In this document: one piece after another, positions 30,759 through 39,200 of the stretch
How the letters are laid out: each line of letters starts with the position of its first letter
How positions within the stretch are numbered: position 1 is the first letter of the stretch
NCBI GenBank assembly: GCA_016195715.1
Contig: JACPZA010000002.1
Coordinates: 43,246-107,245 of the forward strand
DNA: 64,000 nt
Direction: 5' to 3'
Origin: Candidatus Daviesbacteria bacterium
GTDB lineage: Bacteria > Patescibacteriota > Microgenomatia > Daviesbacterales > UBA10151
The notes under the pieces: generated by a model
Databases searched by the model: none
The model's input: the letters and a program-made list of their open reading frames with translations, nothing else
Told to the model about the DNA's origin: nothing
Position numbers and translations under genes: made by a program

Positions 30759-32213
30759 TTATCTTTTTTTCTTTTCTGGCTTTAAAGTTGGGAATAAAAT
30801 AACATCTTTAATGGTGTGTTTATTAGTTAGAATGGAAACAAATCTATCAATGCCCATGCCCCAACCAGCAGTTGGAGGCATACCATATTCCAGTGCTTTA
30901 ATATAATCTTCATCCAAAACTTGATATTCATGCAAACCAGCTTTAGCTAATTTCATCTCCTCAAGCCACCTTTGTTTTTGTTCAATTGGATCATTTAACT
31001 CATTATAAGCATTAACTATTTCAAAGCCAGAAACTAATAATTGAAAAGAAGCAGACTTTTTTGGATCTGACTGCTTTTTCTTTGATAAAGGTTTCATTTC
31101 AAAAGGATAGTCAGTTAAAAATAATGGTTGGATAATTTTTGGTCTAGCAACTTGTTTATACAAAGTATCAACTAAAGCTCCATATCCTACTACTCCTTCC
31201 AAGTCTAGTTTAATATTTTTAGCTTTAATAGCTTTTAATAATTTTTCATCAGTGTCTTCTTTTCCTAAATCAATTCCAGAGTGTTCTTTCACTAATTGAT
31301 TAAAAGTCATTCTTTTAAAAGGCAGTTTAAAATTTATTTTTTGATTATCAAAGACTAAATTATATTTGCCATGAACTTCTTTAACTACAAATGCTACCAT
31401 CTTTTCAGTTAATTTCATCAAATCTTCATAATCTGCATAAGCCCAGTAAAACTCCATCATAGTAAACTCTGGATTGTGCTGTCTATCCATACCCTCATTT
31501 CGAAAGTCTTTGCAGATTTCAAAAATTTTTTCAAAACCCCCAACAATTAATCTTTTTAAATAAAGCTCATCAGAGATCCGCAAGTATAATTTAATTCCCA
31601 AAGCATTGTGAGTAGTAGTAAAGGGTTTGGCAGTTGCTCCACCATAAATTGGCTGCAAAGTTGGAGTTTCAACTTCTATAAAATCTTCTTGATGCATAAA
31701 ATCCCGAAGTAATCTAATAACTTTGTGTCGAATCGTAAAAGTTTTTCTAACCTCAGGGTTTAAAATTAAATCTAAATATCTTTGTCTGTATCTTTCTTCA
31801 ATATTTTCCAGTCCATAAAAAGATGAGGGCAGCGGCAGTAGTGATTTAGTTAAAAGTTTATATTTTGAAACTTTAACAGTTATCTCTCCAGCTTGAGTTT
31901 TAAAAACTTCACCTTCAGATTGAATAAAATCTCCAATATCCAAATTGGCTAAAAAATCAAAATCTTTGGTTTCATTTATTGAAAAAAATAACTGAATTTT
32001 GCCAGATTCATCTTCTAAATCAACAAAAGCAATTTTTCCCATTGTCCGAAGTGATCTAATTCTTCCTGCCACCACAACTTTTTGCCCCATTAAATCTTTA
32101 GCTCTATTTGCTGTATGAGTTCTTTTAACTTGAGCTGTGTAAGGATTAATTTTTAGTTGTCTAATATTTTTTAATTTTTTTAATCTGTCTTTTTTTAAAC
32201 TCTCCAGAGCCAT
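30759..32213 (-). CDS. lysS: Lysyl-tRNA synthetase, class II
   Basis: YRQRYLDL, GGATAKPF, FRNEG, HNPEFTM, YGMPPTAGWGMGIDR. Confidence 0.99.
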   Translation of the reverse strand: MALESLKKDRLKKLKNIRQLKINPYTAQVKRTHTANRAKDLMGQKVVVAGRIRSLRTMGKIAFVDLEDESGKIQLFFSINETKDFDFLANLDIGDFIQSEGEVFKTQAGEITVKVSKYKLLTKSLLPLPSSFYGLENIEERYRQRYLDLILNPEVRKTFTIRHKVIRLLRDFMHQEDFIEVETPTLQPIYGGATAKPFTTTHNALGIKLYLRISDELYLKRLIVGGFEKIFEICKDFRNEGMDRQHNPEFTMMEFYWAYADYEDLMKLTEKMVAFVVKEVHGKYNLVFDNQKINFKLPFKRMTFNQLVKEHSGIDLGKEDTDEKLLKAIKAKNIKLDLEGVVGYGALVDTLYKQVARPKIIQPLFLTDYPFEMKPLSKKKQSDPKKSASFQLLVSGFEIVNAYNELNDPIEQKQRWLEEMKLAKAGLHEYQVLDEDYIKALEYGMPPTAGWGMGIDRFVSILTNKHTIKDVILFPTLKPEKKKR

Positions 32214-32360
32214 GGCTCAAGTATAACTTAAGAGTCAGGAATTTTAAAAGATGTGCTAATATTCTGTTATGAACTTTGTGCTATTTTTAGAAACTTTCTT
32301 TTTAAATCCCTGGATTTATTAGTATTGCTTTTAAAAATAAAGCTTACTAAAATAACCAGC

Positions 32361-32561
32361 ATGGAAAAGTTAAGATCCCCTGAAGAGACAGCCACACTTT
32401 TGACTGCAATTCAAAATCACGAGCGATTTAGAATTCTAAAACCAGCAAATCAAATGCGAAAACAACATGGTTTACCAGATACCACTCAAGAAGAGGTTAT
32501 ACAAGGTAGAGCTAATCAAATAATACAAGATATTGCTCTTAGGAAAGAAAGAGGACAGTAA
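32361..32561 (+). CDS. Small hypothetical protein (MEKLRSPEE..)
   Basis: TAAAAT -10 box lies 7 nt before ATG 32361; the upstream extension in the ORF track is unlikely. Confidence 0.55.
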   Translation: MEKLRSPEETATLLTAIQNHERFRILKPANQMRKQHGLPDTTQEEVIQGRANQIIQDIALRKERGQ

Positions 32562-32611
32562 TTCTCTTTATCTTACCTTTTTAAATTCAACTTGATATAA
32601 TTTCCCAACTT

Positions 32612-32688
32612 GCCGCCATCGTCTAGTGGTCCAGGACATCGGGTTCTCATCCCGAAAATCACGGGTTCGACTCCCGTTGGCGGTACCA
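32612..32688 (+). tRNA. tRNA-Glu (anticodon CTC)
   Basis: Acceptor GCCGCCA/TGGCGGT, anticodon arm TCGGG-TTCTCAT-CCCGA, T arm ACGGG-TTCGACT-CCCGT, encoded CCA. Confidence 0.96.
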
Positions 32689-32722
32689 ATTTAAGTTTTA
32701 GCCTTTATGATATTATCTAATC

Positions 32723-32998
32723 ATGAGGCTAGTAAAAATACTTAGCTTAGTAGTCCTTATACTTTCTTTAGCTACATCTTTTTTAGGATGCATCATGTTT
32801 TTTTGTATTGCATCATTCTTCTATTTAGCCTTAATCGCTTGCATTTTGGGTATTTTTTCTAGTGTCCATTTGCTTTTTAATAAGCAGGGCAATATTTTAG
32901 TGATAATTTTTTTACCAGTCGCTTTTCCACTGGTGGCGGTTTTGATAGCATATTTTATGATGTTTTTAATTATCGGTTTAAAAGGTCTGGTTTTTTAA
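32723..32998 (+). CDS. Small hydrophobic membrane protein
   Basis: Three TM segments; -10-like box just upstream. Confidence 0.6.
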   Translation: MRLVKILSLVVLILSLATSFLGCIMFFCIASFFYLALIACILGIFSSVHLLFNKQGNILVIIFLPVAFPLVAVLIAYFMMFLIIGLKGLVF

Positions 32999-33053
32999 CA
33001 TCCAGACCTGTCCAATTGAATTTAAATATAACGTGAAGTAACAAAATTTTTAA

Positions 33054-33527
33054 ACCAAGCTTTTTATTGACAATAAGCAAAAAAAGGTTGACCCAGAAAG
33101 AGGTGAAGAAACTGAGCCAAATAGAAAATTTGTAGTAGAGTTTGAAGATGCTGTTAGTGGAAAACCATTACCTGCTGGAGCTTGGGGGACTGAAAGTACT
33201 GAGAGACACGAATTTAGAAGAAGACTTTTAGAAAGAGCTGGTAAAGTTAGAACTGTATCTGGAAAACCGGCAACTTATACAGATTTTTTTGGAGAATTTC
33301 CTGGATTTGAAAAAGGAATAAAAGATCGGTTAACTAAAGGTCTTGGTGATCCTAAAGACATCTTAAAAGCTCAACCACCTACAGAAAAACAGGCAGAAGA
33401 ATTAGCTAGAATGCAAGAGAGATTAGTTTCTGAGTATAGTTTTTGTGAGTGTTGCGCCCCAAAACTTATAAAATATATTAGCGTTTTACTTAGACAAAGA
33501 GATAATAAAGCAAATGTAAAGAAGTAA
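33054..33527 (+). pseudogene. 5'-truncated remnant resembling the C-terminal domain of PrkA/YeaG serine protein kinase
   Basis: Stop-free 157-codon frame with no standard start near its 5' end: KKVDPERGEETEPNRKF..RLVSEYSFCECCAPKLIKYISVLLR, matching the PrkA tail pattern DP..GEE..P / L....Y C..CA..LL.YV..LL.R. Confidence 0.65.
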
Positions 33528-33565
33528 TTTGACTTTTTTTATCTTGATTGGTAATCTGTTTTGAT

Positions 33566-34030
33566 ATGAGAAAAGTAGGTCCAATTTTAGCTTTGGGAAT
33601 TTTTTTAATAGCTATTTTTTTGATTCTTAAATTATCTAAAAATAATTCTTATTCAATTACCCAAACTCAAACACCTCAACCAACTGCTTCAGCTCTTGAT
33701 CCTAGAGATTTTGGTCCCCCTTCAAATACCGCTCACTTTATTAAAAGTATACCCACGCATAAAGCTACTTTGTCCAAATTACCAGACTATATAGAAATTG
33801 ATTTTGATGCTCCTCTTAAAGAAACTTCCAATTTAACCATTGAAAATGGTGATGATCAATACGTTGATGGAGATACAATTATTTCTGCAGACAAACTGAG
33901 TATGAAAAGAAAAGTTGATCATTTAGCTCCAGATGGTAGGTATTACATTGCCTATTCAGCATGTTTCACTAATTCCTCAGATTGTCTGAATGGCTATTTT
34001 AAATTTGCAGTAGACAGGTCTCTAAAGTAG
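33566..34030 (+). CDS. Membrane-anchored CopC-like protein
   Basis: AHFIKSIP....L..LP..I.I.FD, L..DG.Y.I.Y, G.F.F.V. Confidence 0.7.
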   Translation: MRKVGPILALGIFLIAIFLILKLSKNNSYSITQTQTPQPTASALDPRDFGPPSNTAHFIKSIPTHKATLSKLPDYIEIDFDAPLKETSNLTIENGDDQYVDGDTIISADKLSMKRKVDHLAPDGRYYIAYSACFTNSSDCLNGYFKFAVDRSLK

Positions 34031-34033
34031 AAG

Positions 34034-35533
34034 TTAATGACAACTCTCCCCCTTGCAAGTTTGAAGTTGGTGTAACCTAGTTCTAGCTGGATAAAGATTG
34101 ACAATATCAACATTCCTGCACTCTTTTTTGCCAGAATAGGTCATATTACAAAGCTCATCAGGATCAGTGTTTAAATTATAATATTCAGTATCTGTGATCT
34201 TACCTACAGTATCAACCCATTCAACATATTTATGATCCTCAGATCTAACTCCAGTAAAGATATGCCCAGGATCAGAATCATCAGATTCAATTAAAAAATC
34301 ACTTCTCCAGCTAGAAACTGGTTGGTTTTTAAGTAGAGGAACTAACGATAATCCATCAAAAGTTCTACCAGCTTTAGCCCCAGCTATATCCACAATTGTG
34401 GCAGCGAGGTCTATATTGACTGCTGGTCTAGAAATAGTTTGGACTGGGTAGCCAGGACCTCTAATTAACAAAGGTACTCTTATTGATGGCTCATATGCTA
34501 AAACTTTGCCTTCTGATTTCCTGTGTTCACCATGGAAAAAACCATTGTCAGAAGTAAAGATAACCACAGTGTTATCCATTTGATGATTTAATTGCAAAGT
34601 AGTAACTATAGCCTGAACACCTCTATCTACAGATTGCAGGGCATCTAATCTATTTCTATAGTTTGTGGTAATGTCATTGATATCACTTTGGCTAAACCTT
34701 TGGCCATTATTTAAATTTTGAATATAGGCAGGTTTATCAGAAACATCAGCCTCATTAAAACTAGGTGGCGTGGGTAATGGTTCATTGTCAAAAGTATGTA
34801 AGTCCTGGTTAGCAGCTACCACTTTCCCAGCATTAGAGTCTCCATGGGGAGCAAAGTAACAAATCCACATAAAGTATGGATTGCTATCATTTGCATGCCT
34901 GTTAATAAAATCTAAGGATTTAGTAGTTTCAACATTAATCTGATATTCATTATTATCAGAGCCATAAGTTACTAGATGAGGAGCAACTCCTGGAGAATAC
35001 TCATTTAAAGTATAGTTGTAGTAGCTATAAATACTATCTTGCCAGCCAACTGCCTCCTCAGTCCAGCCAGAGGGTACACTAGCTGGGTCAGCAGGAGCTG
35101 GACCAGTTACTTTACCATAACCATTTAAATATTTTCCAACATGAAAAGTAGTATAACCTGCAACCTGTAACCAAATTGGCAAAACATTAGAGTTATCAGT
35201 CAATGCAGAATATCCCCCATCAGTGCCTTTATTAGAAAAGACATGGTTGTTATGAGAGTATTGGCCAGTTAAAAAGGTAGCTCTTGAAGGACAACATAAA
35301 GAGTTAGCTACAAAACTATTAGCAAAAGTTGCTCCAGCCCCACCAATAAGCTTATTAGTTAAAGGCATCTTACTCATAGAATCCATAGTTTGATCATCAG
35401 TCATAATCACAATAATATTAGGCTTACTACTAGTGGTTGCAGCTTGGGTTTTAAAATTTTTAGTCTGCAAAATTGGAGAGAGAAGAAATAAAACTGCTAT
35501 AGATCCAGTCAACAAAAATAAAGGGAATTTCAT
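34034..35533 (-). CDS. Secreted Cys-type sulfatase (N-acetylglucosamine-6-sulfatase-like)
   Basis: KPNIIVIMTDD, CCPSRATFLTG.Y.HN, GKYLN, FTSDNGF.HGEH. Confidence 0.93.
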   Translation of the reverse strand: MKFPLFLLTGSIAVLFLLSPILQTKNFKTQAATTSSKPNIIVIMTDDQTMDSMSKMPLTNKLIGGAGATFANSFVANSLCCPSRATFLTGQYSHNNHVFSNKGTDGGYSALTDNSNVLPIWLQVAGYTTFHVGKYLNGYGKVTGPAPADPASVPSGWTEEAVGWQDSIYSYYNYTLNEYSPGVAPHLVTYGSDNNEYQINVETTKSLDFINRHANDSNPYFMWICYFAPHGDSNAGKVVAANQDLHTFDNEPLPTPPSFNEADVSDKPAYIQNLNNGQRFSQSDINDITTNYRNRLDALQSVDRGVQAIVTTLQLNHQMDNTVVIFTSDNGFFHGEHRKSEGKVLAYEPSIRVPLLIRGPGYPVQTISRPAVNIDLAATIVDIAGAKAGRTFDGLSLVPLLKNQPVSSWRSDFLIESDDSDPGHIFTGVRSEDHKYVEWVDTVGKITDTEYYNLNTDPDELCNMTYSGKKECRNVDIVNLYPARTRLHQLQTCKGESCH

Positions 35534-35588
35534 TTTCTAAAGCAAAAAGATTCTGACAGATATACTAAAAAAAGTCAATTAAAGATTC

Positions 35589-35987
35589 CTAATTTTTTGG
35601 TTTAAAATCTAGGGCTACTGAGTTTATACAATATCTTTTGCAAGTTTTGGTTGGACCATCATCAAAGACGTGGCCTAAGTGCGCTCCACAGTTTTTACAA
35701 ATTACCTCAGTCCGAACCATCCCTAAACTTAAATCTTGCTTTAGTTCAACATTTTCTGTATTGACTGGATCATCAAAGCTTGGCCAACCAGTTCCAGAAT
35801 CAAACTTAGCATCTGAGGAAAATAAATTTGCTCCACAAGCTACACAAGTATACATCCCTTTTTCATGGTTATCTAAAAGTTTGCCAGAAAATGGAGCTTC
35901 TGTACCTTTCATTCTGGTAATTTCAAACTGTTCTTTAGTTAGTTTTTTCTGCCAATATTTTGCATCTTTTTTTTGCATATTTTTCAT
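35589..35987 (-). CDS. msrB: Methionine-R-sulfoxide reductase MsrB
   Basis: [37 protein letters not shown]. Confidence 0.97.
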   Translation of the reverse strand: MKNMQKKDAKYWQKKLTKEQFEITRMKGTEAPFSGKLLDNHEKGMYTCVACGANLFSSDAKFDSGTGWPSFDDPVNTENVELKQDLSLGMVRTEVICKNCGAHLGHVFDDGPTKTCKRYCINSVALDFKPKN

Positions 35988-36574
35988 AATTTTTTAAACT
36001 CCTCAGCTGTGATCCATTTAGCTTCTGGAAGATTTTCATATTTGGGATTAGCTACTGCTTTAACCTCTCCATTTTCATCTACCAAATAATAAGCCATACC
36101 TTGCATATTTTTGATAATTTCATAATCACTGGGTTTATGTCCAGATCTCCAGTCATCAAAAGAAATTAAGGGCAATTTTCCAACATTGCTCCAAGAATGT
36201 CCCCACTCCGGAGTGATTAAAATTTCATCTCCTGGTTTGGCTTTAATTAAATAAACTTCCTCAACCTGATCTTCTACAATATTATCATCTTTTAGAATTC
36301 TCTTTTGCATTACCAAAACCCCTTCACCTTCTACTAAATGATATGTTTCATTGACATTTGTGCCATGATAATGTCCAAAAGTTTTAGGATATTCATTCCC
36401 ATATCTTCCTGGCACAATCACAGTCATATTAGCCCAGGCTTTGTCATCCTGAGGTGTAGCCGAAGGATCTGATATCTCTGGAAATACCCAATACACTGGA
36501 TCTGGCCCAGAAGCATCTGGATCTTTTAATACTGGCCTATTTCCTTCTAAATCTCTAACTGACCCAAGTTTCAT
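35984..36574 (-). CDS. Cupin (archaeal-type) glucose-6-phosphate isomerase family protein
   Basis: [13 protein letters not shown]...GEG, P.WGH..SN.G, GMAYY. Confidence 0.85.
   Translation of the reverse strand: MKLGSVRDLEGNRPVLKDPDASGPDPVYWVFPEISDPSATPQDDKAWANMTVIVPGRYGNEYPKTFGHYHGTNVNETYHLVEGEGVLVMQKRILKDDNIVEDQVEEVYLIKAKPGDEILITPEWGHSWSNVGKLPLISFDDWRSGHKPSDYEIIKNMQGMAYYLVDENGEVKAVANPKYENLPEAKWITAEEFKKL
36441..36470 (+). repeat. TGTC-tagged palindromic repeat inside the PGI CDS
   Basis: TTGTCATCCTGAGGTGTAGCCGAAGGATCT, 28/30 identical to 47026..47055. Confidence 0.85.
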
Positions 36575-36629
36575 AGAATTTAGTTTTGCATATTTTATGT
36601 TTTAAAACAAGGAGTACTATAATGTATTT

Positions 36630-37034
36630 ATGGTTTATTTACAGATCCTCCTAAAAGCTTTTAGTCAAGTTTTTTTTCAGGAAAATATTTATCTAGGAGC
36701 GTTAATAATTTTAGGACTTTTAATAGCATCCCCTATTGCTTTACTTCTTGCTTTAGTTGGTGATATTTCAAGCTTAATAACTGCAAATTTTCTTAATGTT
36801 CAAAAAGAAGCTTTCACTTCAGGTCATTATGCTTTCAATGGAATTTTAATAGGCACAGCGATTTCTTTTTATATTAAAGATCTGCCACTAGCTCTTGTGC
36901 TCACAATCCTTGCTTCCATGCTTGCTACTCTCTTTTATCACCAACTCTTCAAAAATAACCTAACTCCCCTCGCTTCACCATTTATATTAATTACCTGGGG
37001 TGTTTTATTCCTGGCAAAATTCATTCATTTTTAA
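36630..37034 (+). CDS. Half-size urea transporter family protein
   Basis: FSQVFFQEN...G.LI..GL, G.YAFNG.L.G.A, P.LASPFIL.TW. Confidence 0.8.
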   Translation: MVYLQILLKAFSQVFFQENIYLGALIILGLLIASPIALLLALVGDISSLITANFLNVQKEAFTSGHYAFNGILIGTAISFYIKDLPLALVLTILASMLATLFYHQLFKNNLTPLASPFILITWGVLFLAKFIHF

Positions 37035-37797
37035 TAGATGCATTTATATTATCCTTTAGTTGATTAACGTATAAATCATATGGTAGTTCAGCTAAGAGTA
37101 ATAACTCTCTTCTAGCTTCTCCATCAGCTTGATATTTTGCTGCATCAATTTGCCTAAATCTAATTCTGATATATGCACCCTGTTCTGAAACGTCATCTTC
37201 ACCACTTAATGGTCCATCTTTAGGTTCTAAATAAAAATCTTGCAGAATGGAGATTAAAGTTTGATCTTCCTTAACTACTCTGTCTGATTGAAAATGCCCT
37301 GCTCTTAGGTTATGCCCAAGCTCATTTACTATAAAAGTTTTAGTTTCTTTAAATTGATCAGAAAGTTGCTTTAGATCATCACTACCTATCCCTAAAAATC
37401 TACAAATATTATCCCCCGTTTTAGTAGTTCTTCGATCATTATTAATAAATTGCATTTTTCCATGTTCAATATAACTTATTGAGGCTTGACTATATCCTCC
37501 AAGCTGCTCACCTAACTCAGTCTGACTTAAAACCTGATTCAACCTTTGAAACATTAAAATGCTTCCAATAAAAGAGGGTTCATATGGTCTTTCATAACCA
37601 GCTTTTCTTGTTCTATCTCTTTTCAAAGGCTGAGCTTCAACAAACTTTTCTTCTGAAAAAGGACTATAAGATGCAGCTAAAGGAGCAACCCTCTGCACCC
37701 CTTTGGTTTCTTTGAGGCCTTGAGCAAACTGTAAGGCTTCTTGATCATTTCTTAAATTAGCTCTAACTAAAAAATTATATTCAGGACTCATCTTCAC
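37021..37797 (-). CDS. Hypothetical protein with a central XRE-type HTH
   Basis: LSQTELGEQLGGYSQASISYIEHGK. Confidence 0.7.
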   Translation of the reverse strand: MKMSPEYNFLVRANLRNDQEALQFAQGLKETKGVQRVAPLAASYSPFSEEKFVEAQPLKRDRTRKAGYERPYEPSFIGSILMFQRLNQVLSQTELGEQLGGYSQASISYIEHGKMQFINNDRRTTKTGDNICRFLGIGSDDLKQLSDQFKETKTFIVNELGHNLRAGHFQSDRVVKEDQTLISILQDFYLEPKDGPLSGEDDVSEQGAYIRIRFRQIDAAKYQADGEARRELLLLAELPYDLYVNQLKDNINASIKNE

Positions 37798-38245
37798 CTT
37801 TCTTTTGTTTTTCTAAATCTTCATCCATGTAATCTAATAGCCTAGACAGCGTATCCAAGCCATTTGGACCTTTCATTGGTGCTTCTCTACCTGCCCAGTC
37901 TTGTGCTCCTTGTTGATAAATATTAAAAAGAATAGTTCGTTCTCTAAATCGTTCTGGTCCTTTTTCCAAAAGAACTGAAATAGGCTTTGTACTAATACCC
38001 CCAAAATCTACCTTCAAAATAAGATCTACAGTAGCAATAAGAGGACCTCTTCGAGTAGTGAGTCGACCAATGCTTATACCTACCGGAGGAGTTATAAGTG
38101 ATTCATAATCGCGCACCCCGTATATAGAGAGCATAGCTACTGATTTTCTTCTCATGAAACGAAGCTGTGATAGATAATCGTCTTCAGCTTGTGCTCTCCA
38201 AAGCTCAGCAAAAGGTTCAAGGTATTCAAATCGAGATCTTTCCAT
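37781..38245 (-). CDS. Hypothetical protein
   Basis: 154-aa ORF overlapping the start of the next gene; no recognised motif. Confidence 0.65.
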   Translation of the reverse strand: MERSRFEYLEPFAELWRAQAEDDYLSQLRFMRRKSVAMLSIYGVRDYESLITPPVGISIGRLTTRRGPLIATVDLILKVDFGGISTKPISVLLEKGPERFRERTILFNIYQQGAQDWAGREAPMKGPNGLDTLSRLLDYMDEDLEKQKKGEDES

Positions 38246-38285
38246 ATATTTCCCATAAGCTTGTATTTAACTTATAGTGTGGTAT

Positions 38286-38316
38286 AATATAAACTATGAC
38301 GTTAGGTAAAAGTCAA
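38286..38316 (-). promoter_or_regulatory. MerR-type promoter/operator
   Basis: TTGACT-N19-TATATT on the minus strand with imperfect dyad ACTTTTACCT-A-ACGTCATAGT. Confidence 0.7.
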
Positions 38317-39162
38317 GTTAAGGTTTCAAGCAGCCTATTAACCATTAATAAATTTGCCCAACTTTGTCGTACCACTCCACGCACGATCCGCTTCTACGAC
38401 CAGATGGGTTTAATAAAACCAGCTAAAATTGATTCTTGGAATGGATATAGATTTTATGATCCTTTTCAAGCTAAGGAGTTTTTTAAGATTCGTTTAATGC
38501 AAAACTTCCATGTTCCTTTAAATAAAGTCAAAGGTTCTCTAAGAGTTAAATCACCTGAGAACTTTTTAGAGGAACGTATTAAAGAGGCTAAAACTGAAGT
38601 TGAGGAAAAAGAAAAGGAAATAAAGTTCTTAAATAACATTAAAAACTTTCTATTTGCAAAAGATTCAAATAAGTCTTTTAAAAAAGAAATCTTTGGGCCT
38701 TATATTTTACTTTGTGAGTATTTAGAAAAAGGAAGATATGATGAGATCAACTCTCATATTTATAAACTAAGAGACTTAGCAAAAAAGTTAAAAATTGCCC
38801 ATCAAGATAAGCAAATGACATTTTATTGGGATCCAGTTGTTTATAAACCAAAAGACACAAGACTTGAAATTTGTTTAGTATTAAAAGGCAATAAATTTCC
38901 AAAAATTAATCTTCCTAAAGGCTACAATTTTAGAAAATTTCCCAAAATTGAAGCCAAATCTTATTCTTACAAAGGTCCTTTTGATTATATTGCCCTAATT
39001 TATCAAAAAATTCATGAAAAACATGGTTATATATTAAAACCTGAAGAAAGAGGTTGGTTTGACATACATGTTAGCGGACCTTGGAACAAAAAATCTTCAT
39101 ACGATCACGTTACCAAGATTGCATTTAATAACTCAATTTATAAACAATTAGCTAAAGCTTAA
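38296..39162 (+). CDS. MerR-family regulator with GyrI-like ligand-binding domain (BmrR-like)
   Basis: TI.KFA.LC.TTPRTIRFYD.MGLIKPA.ID...GYRFY; C-terminal YKGPFD.I..IY. Confidence 0.92.
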   Translation: MTLGKSQVKVSSSLLTINKFAQLCRTTPRTIRFYDQMGLIKPAKIDSWNGYRFYDPFQAKEFFKIRLMQNFHVPLNKVKGSLRVKSPENFLEERIKEAKTEVEEKEKEIKFLNNIKNFLFAKDSNKSFKKEIFGPYILLCEYLEKGRYDEINSHIYKLRDLAKKLKIAHQDKQMTFYWDPVVYKPKDTRLEICLVLKGNKFPKINLPKGYNFRKFPKIEAKSYSYKGPFDYIALIYQKIHEKHGYILKPEERGWFDIHVSGPWNKKSSYDHVTKIAFNNSIYKQLAKA

Positions 39163-39200
39163 TTCTTGATTCTTAAAGCTTTATTCTATATCCTTACCAC

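Noticed and set aside
32612-35533. Integrated element or prophage at tRNA-Glu
   Set aside because: No integrase, phage genes or duplicated tRNA 3' end seen
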